From an uncultured Gemmatimonadales bacterium (lineage in GTDB: Bacteria; Gemmatimonadota; Gemmatimonadetes; Longimicrobiales; RSA9), in assembly GCA_963816355.1 (NCBI GenBank), contig CAWFKH010000005.1:340074-404073 (forward strand): a DNA stretch of 64,000 nucleotides, read 5' to 3'. Positions 8,850 to 19,757 of the stretch are shown here, in pieces. Numbering within the stretch: position 1 is the first letter of the stretch; the number at the start of each line of letters is the position of its first letter. Both the position numbers and the translations under genes were made by a program. The notes under the pieces were generated by a model. It was not told the origin of the DNA. It did not search any database and was given only the letters and a program-made list of their open reading frames with translations.

Positions 8850-9015
8850 GGCGACGATCGCGCGAGACGGCTCAGCGCACCGCCTGCCCCTCAGCGCATC
8901 GCCCGCAACCTGGGCGACGATCGCGCGAGACGGCTCAGCGCACCGCCTGCCCCTCAGCGCATCGCCCGCAACCTCGGCGACGACGGCGCGAGACGGCTCA
9001 GCGCACCGTCCGCAC
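8850..9015. repeat. 63-bp tandem repeat x~2.6
   Basis: Unit GGCGACGATCGCGCGAGACGGCTCAGCGCACCGCCTGCCCCTCAGCGCATCGCCCGCAACCT is repeated twice, followed by a degenerate partial copy. That partial copy also encodes the last codons of the minus-strand lipoprotein gene. Confidence 0.7.
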
Positions 9016-10008
9016 CTCGACGCGGTTCCCCTGGAAGATCGGGATGAGCACGCGAGACCGCTTCGAGTCCCATCCGATGTCGGCGGGGGATGGCGTACCG
9101 GAGACGGCGGTGGTCGGCGCGCCGCCTCCGGCCGGGATGCGGTAGACAGCCTGGCCGCTCCAGCTCGAGACGAGCAGCGATCCGTCGGGCAGCTTGACGA
9201 CGCCGTCGAGCTGGCCGTGCGGGAGCGCGGTGCCGATCGAGGGTGAGGCGCCGGCCGACGGAGAGGGGTTGGCGCCGACGGCGCTGGCGACGCGCATCAC
9301 CGTGCTGTCGGCGAACGGGACGAGGACGAGCGAGTCGCCGTCGACCAGGACGCCGTTCGGCCCCTTGAGCGCGGCACCGTGCGCGACCGCCTGCGCTCGG
9401 CCGCCGCTGAAGCGGTAGACGGCGTCGGTCCCGGTCGAGCCGAAGCTCGCGTTCAGGCCGCTGTCGGTGACGTAGAGCGTGCCGTCGGGCCCGACGTCGG
9501 CGTCGTTGAGGAAGGTGGCGCCGGGGACGGCCATGGCGCCGAGCGGCGCGCCGGAGTTGCGGTCGAAGGCGCGCACGGAGTCGATGTCGGTGACGAAGAT
9601 CGTGTCGCCGTGGATGGCGAGGCCCTTCGGCGCGTTGAGCGTGACGCTGTCGGAGGCGGCGTCGATCCACTTGAGCGACTCGATCGAGCCGTCCGGCCGC
9701 ACGCGCGAGATGAAGCCGTTGTCGTCGCGGTCGAGCGGCTGGCCGTTGATGTTGGATACGAGGTAGACGTCTGCGACGGAGTCCCACAGCACGGATTCCG
9801 GAGTCTGGAACCCGTCGATCGTGAGTGAATCCGCGGGCGTAGACTCAGCCATCATCGCACCGCCGGCGGTGTCGGCGGCCATGGCGCCACCCGCGCCGCC
9901 CTCGTCGGACGCGCCGCCGCAAGCCGCGAGCGTCGCGATCGAGCCGAGCGCGAGCATGGCCGCGCGAGCGGACGGGCGACCGTGGAAGCTCCGGAGAACC
10001 TCGATCAT
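8998..10008 (-). CDS. lipoprotein with beta-propeller (SMP-30/gluconolactonase/NHL-like) fold
   Basis: ORF 8998..10236 has an internal start MIEVLRSFHGRPSARAAMLALGSIATLAACGG (lipobox LAAC) preceded by GGAGG. It contains repeated ...GPDGTLYVTDSG / ...GDTIFVTD... blades. Confidence 0.6.
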   Translation of the reverse strand: MIEVLRSFHGRPSARAAMLALGSIATLAACGGASDEGGAGGAMAADTAGGAMMAESTPADSLTIDGFQTPESVLWDSVADVYLVSNINGQPLDRDDNGFISRVRPDGSIESLKWIDAASDSVTLNAPKGLAIHGDTIFVTDIDSVRAFDRNSGAPLGAMAVPGATFLNDADVGPDGTLYVTDSGLNASFGSTGTDAVYRFSGGRAQAVAHGAALKGPNGVLVDGDSLVLVPFADSTVMRVASAVGANPSPSAGASPSIGTALPHGQLDGVVKLPDGSLLVSSWSGQAVYRIPAGGGAPTTAVSGTPSPADIGWDSKRSRVLIPIFQGNRVEVRTVR

Positions 10009-10250
10009 CGCTGCCTCCATTGAACGTAGTGTCGAGAGGGGGGACGCTATCAAAAGCGCGCCGCGGCGGCAACCCGCAGGCAATCGCCCCGCGCCAACCG
10101 CAGCAAGACGGCCCGCGAGCCGCGCCACCGCGGCCGCAGATCGCCCCGCGCCAGCCCGCGGCAAGGCGGCCGCGCCACCGGCGGGCGCATCGCGCCGCGC
10201 CGGCCCGCGGCGGCAACCCGCGACCGCGCATCGCATAGCGCCGCACGGGC

Positions 10251-13200
10251 TCAGAATCTCCAGTCGCGGAAGACGAAGAGGCCGAACACGCCGGTGGTGA
10301 TCGGCGAGCTGAAGCGCACGAGCGACGGCGCGCTGGGCAGGAAGCGCGGCTCGAAGGATACGCGGCCGCCGTAGCCGCCCTGCGTCTTGTACTCGAGCCG
10401 GAGGCCGGGCTGGACGGCGGTGGGACGCACCTGCGCGGAGAGGAAGAGGTCGCTGGTGAGGTACTTCCCCACGTCGAACTCGGTGCCGCGCAGCACGGTG
10501 CCGAAGCCGCCGAGCGAGAGCTCGGGCGGCAGGTCGGCGGGGGTGATGCTGAAGACGTCGAGGCCGAGTCCGCGGGTGGCGTTGCGCTGCGCCTGTCCGA
10601 CGAGCGCGCCGAACGCGACCGTCGTGAGCTGCTGCGTCGCGAGCGCGGCCACGGAGCCGACGAGCTGTCCGCTGCTCGTGCCCTGTCCGGAGAGGGCCGA
10701 GCCCTGCTGCTGCAGCAGGGAGGAGGAGGAGCGGCCGAACGCGAGGTAGCTGATCAGGTCGGACTGCGAGATCGGCGGCTGCGCGTCGCTATCGAGGGAG
10801 ACGCGGAGCTGGTCGAGCGTGCCGCCCACGAGGATGCGGATCTCCAGCGCCTCGCGGCCGGGGAGCTGCACCTGGTGGGCCGCGGTGATCTGCACCTGTG
10901 GATCGACCGGCGTGGTGCCGATGAAGCGGACCGACCCGTTCTTGAGCAGGAATCGACGGCCCATGAAGGTGTAGTCGCCGCGCTCCGTCGCCACCACACC
11001 CCTCAGCTGCAGGCCGCGGCCGCTCGGCGCGTAGTGCACCGCGACGTGGCCGAACTCCTCCGGCGTGTACACCTCGACGTTGGCCGCGCTGGTGCGCACC
11101 CACGTGTCGCGCGCGACGGTCATGTCCACGGCGACATCCAGGTTGCGCAGGAGCGGTGACGCGTAGCGTGGCAGCAGCACGCGCTCCGCCGCGACCGTCG
11201 TGTCCGCGAGCGCGATCAGCGCGGGGTCGTCGTCCGAAATGAGCCGCTGCTGCGTCTGGTCGAGGTAGAGCGTGCCGCCCTCGATGCGGGCGTCGCCGGT
11301 GACGCGCACGGAATCGGGCGGGCCGCGGATCGCGAGGTCGAGATCGGCGCGCAGGCGGCCGTGCTCGTTGTCCAGGACGACGGCCTCGTCCGTCGTGATC
11401 GCGAGGGCGAGGCGCGGATTCGCGAGGGAGGCGAGCCCGATGCCGCCGGTCACACGAACGAGCCCGCCGCCGCTGCGGCCGACGAGCGAGTCGACCGCGA
11501 TCGAATCGCCGGCGAACTCGAGGCGTCCCACGGCGGCGTCCAGGGCGACGCCCAGCGGCTCGATCCGGAAGCCGCCGTGGCCCAGCGTGACCTCGCCGTC
11601 GAGCTTCGGCGCCTGGACCGTTCCGCCGACCTGCACGTCGCCTGCGACGACACCGCGCAGGGCGCTGATGGCGGGGAAGACGTCCGGCAGCCGCTCGAGC
11701 GGCAGGCTGTCGGTGACGATCTCGGCGTCCACGGGCCGGTCGGGCAGCAGCGGGCCGGTGCGGTCCGTGAAGGCGAGGTCGATCGGCATCGTACCGCGGA
11801 GGCGGGCGATGCGCTGCTCGCCCGCGAGGACGGGCGGCGGCGCGGCGCTGTCGGCGAGGTCGAGCGGCGGCCGGCTCCACGCGCCGGCGGTGTCCGCGCG
11901 CGCGGCGAGGCGGGCGGCGACGGTGTCGGCGAGCGGCGTGAAGAGGCCGGCGTCGGCGCGCAGTGTCCGGTCGGCGTAGGCGAAGCGGGCCGACGAGGTC
12001 GGGGAGCGGACGCTCGCCGTAGGCGGCGCCGAGGAGCGTCGCGCTGCCGTCGAAGAGCGGGGCCTGGCGGGTTCCGCGGAGACGCGTGTGGAGCGAGAGC
12101 ATGCCGCGGGCGGGGATCGAGTCCTGGAGCAGGGCGAGGACGTGGCCGACCTGCAGGCGGTCGATCGCGACATCGAGCCGCGACGGGCCCTGCACGGGCA
12201 GGCGGCCGTCGACGTAGATGCGGCCGCCCGCGTCGTCGCGCAGCTCGATCGAGTCGACGGCCACGCCGCGGCCGCGCCACGTGACGGCGCCCGGGTGGGC
12301 GGAGTGCCAGCGGGTGGAGTCGAAGCGGAGCGCGACGTCGTGGAGGCGCACGTCCCGGCGGTCGAGTTGCAGCGTGTAGTCCGCGGCGAGCTCGTAGTCG
12401 CGCAGCGTGTCCTGCCAGATGGCGACCTTGGCAGTGCCCGTGCCGCCGCCCGGGCTGGAGGGGAAGCCGCTCTGCCCCACCTGTGCGTGCACGCTGTCGA
12501 GGGCGAAGCCGAGTGCGAATACGGAGTCGAGCTGCGCGTCCAGCTCGACGCGCTGCGCCGACGTGCTCACGCCGAGCCACGCGTAGTCGAGGTCTCCCGC
12601 CCGCACCGCGTTGCCGGCGATCACGACGCGGTCGAGGCGGGCGCGGCCGTGCAGGTCGAAGCCGTCGAGGCTGCCGGCGAGCGTGCCCTCGGCGCGCAAG
12701 GCGCCGGCGAGGGAGTCCTTCGGCAGGGGTGTCACGGTATCGACGGGCGGCATCGGCGGCGGCGCCTGGTTCGTCGCGGCGCGCGCGACGGCGGTGGCGT
12801 TGGCGATGCGGACCGAGTCGGCGCGGGCGCTCTCGATGCGGGAGCGCGCGATCGCCGGCCGCGGGCTCACCACGCCGGTGTCGCCGGGCAGCCACGCCGC
12901 AAAATCGCGCAGCGAGTCGACGTTCACCACGTAGTGCAGCGTGCCGGTGCGGCCGCCCACGAGGCCGAAGCGGCCGTCGAGCGAGGTGGTGCCGGAGGCG
13001 AGCGCGACGCGCGCGGTGTCGACGACGGCGAGGCCGTCCGCGACCGAGCCGCGCAGCAGGACCGTGTCGACCGCGACACCGCGGGTGGAGAAGCGGGCGA
13101 GGTCCGCGTCGACGTGCGCGTTCATCGTCGCCGGGTCGAAGCCCCGCCCGCGGGCGACGATGCGGCCGGTGAGCGACGCCGCCGGCGCGCGTTCGGACAG

Positions 13201-14952
13201 CGCGTCGGTGCGCACGCCGCGCAGCTGCGTCGCGACGTCGTAACGCACCGGCCCACCGCCGAGGCCGACGCTGCCCTGCGCCTCGATGGCGCCGCCCTGC
13301 GCGAGCGCCAGGTCGGTGGTGAAGCTCAGGTCGGAGAGCGCGCCGCGGGCTCGCAGCGTTCCGGTCGCGTCGCCGCGCAGCCGCGCGCCGGGCGCGAAGC
13401 GGTTGACGACGGCGAGGTCGAGCGGTTGCGCGCGCAGCGCGAGGTCGATGCGCGTCGGATGCAGCGCGACGGTGCCGTGGCCGGTGAGGTGGGAGCGCAG
13501 CGAACCGTTCCGGTGCACGAGGTCGGCGTCCGCGGCGAGGCGCGTCCTAGTCGAGCCGGTGAGCGTGGCCGTGCCGGTGAGCGTGCCGCCGAGCGGCAGC
13601 CCCGGCCACGCGACGCGGGCGAGGTCGACCTGCAGCGGCTCGAGCCGCACGCGCAGCGCCCGCGCCTCCACGCCGCCGCCGAAGCCGACGGTGCCGTTCG
13701 CGGCGACGTGGCTGCGGCCGGAGCGCGCGCCGTCGAAGACAATGTCGCCGTTCACGGCCAGCGCGCGCGGCGTGCCGGCGAGGCGGACGTCGCCCGCGAG
13801 CGCGCCGCGGCGCGGGAAATCGAGCGCGGGCACGAGCCGCTCGAGCAGGGCGGTGCCGACGTGGCCGAAGCTCAGGTGCGTGTCGTGGAAGCGGAGCGTG
13901 TCGCCGAAGACGACGCCGAGGTCGCCCTCGACGCGGGCATCGCCGATGCGCACGCGGGAGTCGCGCGCCACGACCTCCATCAGGCGCTGGCCGCGGCGGA
14001 AGGTGCCGCGGAAGACGGCGGTGCCGCTGTCCGGCAGCGCCGGGTAGGCCCAGCGCAGGTCGGCGAGCGCGGCGGGGTCGGCGGCGGCGCCGATCCTCAC
14101 GCGTCCCTCGGCCGTGTTGATGGCGCCGTCGAGCGCGATCGCGGACGCGGGCAGGCGGACGCGCACATCGTGGATGCGCAGCGTGTCGCCGACCACGGTG
14201 ATGGCGCCGCGCAGGTCCTGGACGTGAGCCACGGGCGGCAGCCACGGGGCGGCGATCATGCGCAGCCGCGCGATCTCGGCGCGGATGCCGGCGCTGTCCG
14301 GGTCGACGAGGCGAAGCAGCGGCAGGCGGGCGTACACATCGCGGAAGAGCATCACCTGCTGCAGGCCGCCGGGCACGCGCTCGACGCGCAGGCGCGTGCT
14401 GTCCGAGAGCGCGGCCGCGACGGCCGCGCGGCGCGTCGCCTCGCCGAGCGAGTCGGGGGGAGACCACGGGCGCCGCAGCGTGAAGCGCGCGTCGTCGAGG
14501 ACGAGGTCGTGGATGTGGATGTTGGCGGCGAAGCCGGTCTTCGGCCCCGTCGCGCTCGCATTGCCGGGGAAGATGCGCGCGTAGTTCCACTCGCCGCCGG
14601 GCCGCTTGTCGAGCACGACGCGCGCGTTCACCAGCCGCAGCCCCTGCAGGTCGAGGCGGCGCGACAGCAGCGTCGCGAGGCGGTACCGTCCGGCCACCGT
14701 GTCAGCGCTGAGGAACGGCCGGCCGGCGCTGTCGGCAATCGCGAGATCCGTGAGCGTGATGCCGTTCAGCAGGTTGCCGCTCACGCCGCCAATGTGGACG
14801 CGGCCGTGGACGCTTTTCTCGAGCTGCTGAAGGGCGAGGCGGCGGATGCGCTCGTGGCCGAAGCGCGTCTGCGTCAGCACGAAGATCGCGACAACGACCA
14901 GCGCGAGCAGTCCGCCGATCACGTACAGCCCGACGCGGGCGGCGCGCCGCAT
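10251..14952 (-). CDS. tamB: translocation and assembly module subunit TamB (AsmA/DUF490 family), apparently frameshifted near 11990
   Basis: The N-terminal 980 aa of ORF 10789..14952 (MRRAARVGLYVIGGLLALVVVAIFVL...) are TamB-like. The C-terminal DUF490 region continues in another frame as ORF 10251..12173 (...GDVQVGGTVQAPKLDGEVTL...FRDWRF). It lies immediately downstream of tamA. Confidence 0.75.
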
Positions 14953-17246
14953 CAGAACGCCTGCCCGATGGAGAGGTGGAGGCGGAGCCGGTCGATGACC
15001 TGGCGGAAGAGGCCGCCGCCACCGCCGATCGGGTCGAACAGCTTGGTCTGCTGCAGCCGCACGAGCTGCAGCGTGCCGTCGGGGCCGGGCACCTGCGTCA
15101 CCACGGGAAGCCGCTCGCGCAGCGTCGGCTTGATGCCGAGGTCGACGCGGATCGCGCCGACCGGAGAGCGATAGCGCACGCCGAAGCCGGGGGTGGCCGC
15201 GGCGTGGCCGCCGCGGAACGGGTTGCCGGCGTTGCCCACGGCGCCCGCGTCGAGGAAGACGGCGCCGGCGAGCGCGCCGAAGAGCGGGAATCGGTACTCG
15301 ATGCTGCCCTCGACCACGCTGTTGCCGCCGAGCGGCGCGGGGTTGAAGGCGCTGGAAGGCACGCCGGCCGGATCACAGGTAGCGGCGGCGATCGTCTCGA
15401 TCGTGCAGGGATTCGCCCGCGTGGTGTCGGTCAGCTCCGTGGGATCGATCGTGAGCACGCGGGGGCCGAGCTGGTTCTCGCCGTAGCCGCGGACGGAGCG
15501 GGAGCCGCCGGCGTAGAAGCGCTTGCGCGGGTGCACGAGGTCCGCCGCCCCGCTCACGCCGAGCGCCGCTTCGGTGCTGGAGAGGGGGCCGATCCAGCCG
15601 AAGCGGAGGTGGCCGGCAAGCACGCGGCCGCCGGAGAGCGGCAGGTAGCGCGTCCCTTCGGCCGCGACGCGGTCGTAGCGGAAGTCGGAGGCGGTCAAGC
15701 GGGACGCGTGCTCGAGGTCGACGCGGATGCGGTAGCCGGAGCTGGGGTCGAGCGGCTGGTCGGTGCGCGCGGCGTTGAAGCTGAGCGTGAGCGGCGACAG
15801 CGTGCGCGAGCCGCGCAGCGCCTCGATCGTCTGCGGCACGCAGATGCCGTAGTCGACGCAGTAGTAGACGTCGCCCGCGGCGACGCGCGTCACCTCGAAG
15901 TGGTAGTCGAGGCTGGCGGTGATGTCGCTGGCGACGTGGCGGGTGAAGGAGGCGCTGGCGCCGTAGCCGCGGTCGACGACGATGCCCGGCACGATGCGGC
16001 GGTGGGCGAACACGCTCACGCCGATCGAGTTGCGCGGCGAGTTGAACCACGGCTGCCTCACCTCGACGCTCGCCTGCCAGGTGGGCACCAGGAACGAGCG
16101 CTCCGCGCCCGCGATGAAGCCGCTGGCGACGCTGTGCTGGAAGATACCCGCGCCGTTGAGCTGCGGCGCGAGCAGGTTGCCGAAGACGCCCCGGAGCTCC
16201 AGATGGCGCGCGCCGCCGCCCAGGTTGTACGCCGTGTACTGCGCTTCCGCCTGGCCGAAGTCGAGCGTGTTGAAGCCGGCGCTCAGCCGCGCGCCGTGCA
16301 TTGGCGCCTCGTGCACGCTCACGACGACCTGCTTGGAGGAGTCCCCCTGCGGCGCGACCTCGATCGTCGCGAGCCGGAAGAGGTCCGACGTGTAGAGGTT
16401 GCGCTGGCTCTCCACCACGTCCTTCAGGCGGTAGAGCTTGCCCGGTCCGAGCGTCAGCAGGTTGCGGATCGTCGCGGCGCTGACGTTCTCGTTGCCGCGC
16501 ACCACGATCGTGTCCACCGTCGTCAGCGCGCCGGGAACGAGGTAGACGCGCACCTCCGCCCGCCGCGAGTCCGGCGCGATCGCGATCGTGTCCGTCACGA
16601 GCGCGTCGGCGTAGCCGCGGTCCCACAACGCGTTGCGCAGCTTCAGCTCGGCGGAGTCCAGCTTGATCAGGTCGAGCCGCTCGTCCGGCCGCGGCACGCG
16701 CGCGCCCCGCACGGTGCCGGACGGCAGCACGGAGTCGTGCTGCACGACGCGGCTCCGCGCGACGAGCGTGGGCGGCCCCTCCGTGACATCGAAGACGACA
16801 TCGACCTCGTCGGCGTCCGCGCCTCCGACGACGTGCGACGCGACCGCGGCCTCGCGATAGCCGCGCTCGTAGTAGAGCACGCGCAGGCGCAACTCGTCGC
16901 GCGTCAGCTCGGCCCGATCGAGGAAGTGGCGCTCGACGAAGCTGGGCGAGTCGCTGATCCAGCAGAACGGCGCGATCAGCACGCTGCGGCACCGCGAGGC
17001 GTGCGTCGCGATCGCCTGCTTCAACTGGTCCTCGTCGATGCGGTGCACGCCGTTGAACCGGATCGACACGATGCGAGGGTGCTCGACCGCCTGAGCCCGG
17101 CCCGCGGCCACCGCCGCCTGCGAAAGCGCGAGCGCCAACGCGACAGCCACCCCAACGCGCACGGCCGACTCCTTCGTCCCTGCGGTTCCACCACCGGCCC
17201 CCCGCCAGCGGTCCGGGGGCTTCGTGCGCAAGAGTCGTTCTAGCAC
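14952..17246 (-). CDS. tamA: outer membrane protein assembly factor, BamA/TamA family (POTRA + Omp85 barrel)
   Basis: A 764-aa protein with signal peptide, POTRA-like repeats and a C-terminal Omp85 barrel (...GLFRQVIDRLRLHLSIGQAF). Its stop overlaps the tamB start by 1 nt. Confidence 0.8.
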   Translation of the reverse strand: MLERLLRTKPPDRWRGAGGGTAGTKESAVRVGVAVALALALSQAAVAAGRAQAVEHPRIVSIRFNGVHRIDEDQLKQAIATHASRCRSVLIAPFCWISDSPSFVERHFLDRAELTRDELRLRVLYYERGYREAAVASHVVGGADADEVDVVFDVTEGPPTLVARSRVVQHDSVLPSGTVRGARVPRPDERLDLIKLDSAELKLRNALWDRGYADALVTDTIAIAPDSRRAEVRVYLVPGALTTVDTIVVRGNENVSAATIRNLLTLGPGKLYRLKDVVESQRNLYTSDLFRLATIEVAPQGDSSKQVVVSVHEAPMHGARLSAGFNTLDFGQAEAQYTAYNLGGGARHLELRGVFGNLLAPQLNGAGIFQHSVASGFIAGAERSFLVPTWQASVEVRQPWFNSPRNSIGVSVFAHRRIVPGIVVDRGYGASASFTRHVASDITASLDYHFEVTRVAAGDVYYCVDYGICVPQTIEALRGSRTLSPLTLSFNAARTDQPLDPSSGYRIRVDLEHASRLTASDFRYDRVAAEGTRYLPLSGGRVLAGHLRFGWIGPLSSTEAALGVSGAADLVHPRKRFYAGGSRSVRGYGENQLGPRVLTIDPTELTDTTRANPCTIETIAAATCDPAGVPSSAFNPAPLGGNSVVEGSIEYRFPLFGALAGAVFLDAGAVGNAGNPFRGGHAAATPGFGVRYRSPVGAIRVDLGIKPTLRERLPVVTQVPGPDGTLQLVRLQQTKLFDPIGGGGGLFRQVIDRLRLHLSIGQAF

Positions 17247-17399
17247 GCCGCGCGCACGGCGCCGAGGCCACCCGGCCGCCCGCTGCGGCGGCCGCCGGGC
17301 TGCGTGGCGGCGCGGCCCGAACGGCGGCCACCACGCGGCGTGGCGGCGGCGGCGTTATCTTGCTCGACGGACCGATCGCTCCCCGAAACCCGAGTGACG

Positions 17400-17849
17400 A
17401 TGTCGTTCTTCTTCATGGCGCACTCCGGCGTCCGCTACCTCGTGCTCCTCGCGGCCGTCGCCGTTCTCGTGCAGGCGCTCGTCGCCGCCGCGCGCGGCCG
17501 GCCGTACGACCGCGCGGGGTCGCTGCTCATGCGCGTCTTCGTCGGCGTCGTCGATCTGCAGGTGCTGCTCGGCGTGCTCACGCTGCTGACGCGTCCGTTC
17601 TTCCCGGCGCTGGCCGGCCACATCACGATGATGGTGCTCGCCGCCGCCGTCGCCCACGTCACGGTGGCGATCAACCGGCGGCGCCCGGATGGGCGCGGCT
17701 ACCGGCGGCAGCTCGTCGGCGTGGCGCTCTCGCTGGTCCTCATCGTGGGCGGCATCCTCGCGATCGGCCGGCCGCTGATCGGAGGGGGAACGCCGGCGGC
17801 GGCGGGGGTATCCGGTAGCTCAGGGGCACAAGGTCCCGAGCGCGGCTGA
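17400..17849 (+). CDS. hypothetical membrane protein
   Basis: A 149-aa product (MSFFFMAHSGVRYLVLLAAVAVLV...) with about 4 predicted TM helices. The ATG at 17400 is in frame in ORF 17304..17849. Confidence 0.45.
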   Translation: MSFFFMAHSGVRYLVLLAAVAVLVQALVAAARGRPYDRAGSLLMRVFVGVVDLQVLLGVLTLLTRPFFPALAGHITMMVLAAAVAHVTVAINRRRPDGRGYRRQLVGVALSLVLIVGGILAIGRPLIGGGTPAAAGVSGSSGAQGPERG

Positions 17850-17863
17850 GGGCGGCGGAGCCG

Positions 17864-19729
17864 ATGATGAAGGAGAACGGAAAGAAGCGGGGGCTGGGCG
17901 ACGCGAGCGTGCGGCGCGACGCGCGCGCGCTGATGTGGACGCACCGGCGGCCGCTCGCGATCGGCTTCGCCATCATGCTCGTGAACCGGCTCGCCGGCCT
18001 CGTCCTGCCCGTCAGCTCGAAGTACGTGGTCGACGACGTGCTGGGCCGCGGCCGCTCCGACCTCCTGATCCCGCTCGCCATGGCGGCGCTCGCGGCCACG
18101 CTGGTGCAGGCGGTCTCCTCCTTCGCGCTGTCGCAGGTGGTGAGCGTGGCCGGGCAGCGCGCGATCGCGCGCATGCGACGCCGCGTCGAGGCGCACGTGC
18201 TGCGGCTGCCGGCGTCGTATTTCGACAACACCAAGTCCGGCATCCTGATCTCGCGCGTGATGACCGACCCGGAGGGGATCCGCAACCTCGTCGGGACGGG
18301 GATCGTGCAGCTCGTGGGCGGGCTGATCACCGCGTCGATCGCCCTCGCCTGGCTCTACCACCTGAACTGGCGTCTCACGTCGATGACGCTGGTGCTGCTG
18401 CTCTCCTTCGCCGGCGCCATGACGTTCGCGTTCCGCTACCTGCGGCCGATCTTCCGCGAGCGCGGCGAGCTGACGGCGCAGACGACCGGGCGCCTGGCCG
18501 AAGCGCTGGGCGGCGTTCGTACGGTCAAGATCTACACCGCCGAGAAGCGCGAGGAGCGCGTCTTCGGGCGCAACGTGCACCGGCTCTTCCGCAACATCGC
18601 GCGCACGATCACCGGCGCCTCGGCCATCTCGGCGGTGTCGTCCGTGATCGTCGGCGGCGTGGGCATCCTGATCATGGTGGTGGGCGGACGCGCCGTGCAG
18701 GCGGGCACGATGACGGTGGGCGACCTGGTGCAGTACACGATCTTCGTCGGCATCATGGTGGCGCCGCTGGTCCAGATCGCGGGGATCGGCACGCAGATCA
18801 GCGAAGCGTTCGCCGGCCTCGACCGCATCCGCGAGCTGCTGCAGATGCCGACGGAGGTGGCGAGCGACGGCGAGCGCGCGCGCATAGGCGAAGTGGAGGG
18901 CGACGTCGTCTTCGAGGAGGTGGACTTCGAGTACAGGCCGGACACGCCGGTGTTGCGATCGGTCTCCTTCCGGGCGCCGGCGGGCACGACGACGGCGCTG
19001 GTCGGGCCGAGCGGGTCGGGGAAGAGCACGCTGATCGGGCTGGTGATGGGGTTCCAGACGCCCGCGGCGGGGCGCGTCATGGTCGACGGCCACGACCTGC
19101 GCGCGGTGCGCCTGCGCGACTACCGCGCGCAGCTCGGCGTGGTGTTGCAGGACAACTTCCTCTTCGACGGCACGGTCCAGGAGAACATCGCCTTCTCGCG
19201 GCCGGGCGCGACTCCTGCAGAGGTGCGCGAAGCAGCCCGCATCGCCCACGCCGACGAGTTCATCGGCCGCTTCGAGGACGGCTACGACACGGTGGTGGGC
19301 GAGCGTGGCGTGAAGCTGTCCGGCGGCCAGCGCCAGCGCATCGCGATCGCGCGCGCGATCCTCGCCGACCCGCGGATCCTGATCCTCGACGAGGCGACGT
19401 CGTCGCTCGACAGCGAGAGCGAGGCGCTGATCCGCGACGGGCTCCGCTCGCTGCGCCGCGGCCGCACGACGTTCGTGATCGCGCACCGGCTCTCGACGAT
19501 CCAGAGCGCGGACCAGATCCTGGTCCTCGACGACGGTCGCATCGTGGAGCGGGGCTCGCACGCGGAGCTGCGCAACGCGGGCGGCCTCTACCAGCGCCTC
19601 TACGAGACGCAGTACCGCGCGGAGCTGGACAGCTTCATCAACCCGGGTGAGGATTTCACGCCCGAGCCGGAGGAAGCCGGGAGGAAAGGGGCCGCGCGCA
19701 TGGGCGCGGCGGGTCTCCGTTCGCTATAG
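17864..19729 (+). CDS. ABC transporter ATP-binding protein/permease (type I exporter, MsbA-like)
   Basis: It has 6 TM helices plus an NBD with Walker A GPSGSGKST, signature LSGGQRQR and Walker B ILILDEATS. Confidence 0.9.
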   Translation: MMKENGKKRGLGDASVRRDARALMWTHRRPLAIGFAIMLVNRLAGLVLPVSSKYVVDDVLGRGRSDLLIPLAMAALAATLVQAVSSFALSQVVSVAGQRAIARMRRRVEAHVLRLPASYFDNTKSGILISRVMTDPEGIRNLVGTGIVQLVGGLITASIALAWLYHLNWRLTSMTLVLLLSFAGAMTFAFRYLRPIFRERGELTAQTTGRLAEALGGVRTVKIYTAEKREERVFGRNVHRLFRNIARTITGASAISAVSSVIVGGVGILIMVVGGRAVQAGTMTVGDLVQYTIFVGIMVAPLVQIAGIGTQISEAFAGLDRIRELLQMPTEVASDGERARIGEVEGDVVFEEVDFEYRPDTPVLRSVSFRAPAGTTTALVGPSGSGKSTLIGLVMGFQTPAAGRVMVDGHDLRAVRLRDYRAQLGVVLQDNFLFDGTVQENIAFSRPGATPAEVREAARIAHADEFIGRFEDGYDTVVGERGVKLSGGQRQRIAIARAILADPRILILDEATSSLDSESEALIRDGLRSLRRGRTTFVIAHRLSTIQSADQILVLDDGRIVERGSHAELRNAGGLYQRLYETQYRAELDSFINPGEDFTPEPEEAGRKGAARMGAAGLRSL

Positions 19730-19757
19730 CGGATCGCCGGATCCGCCGGAGGTCGAG

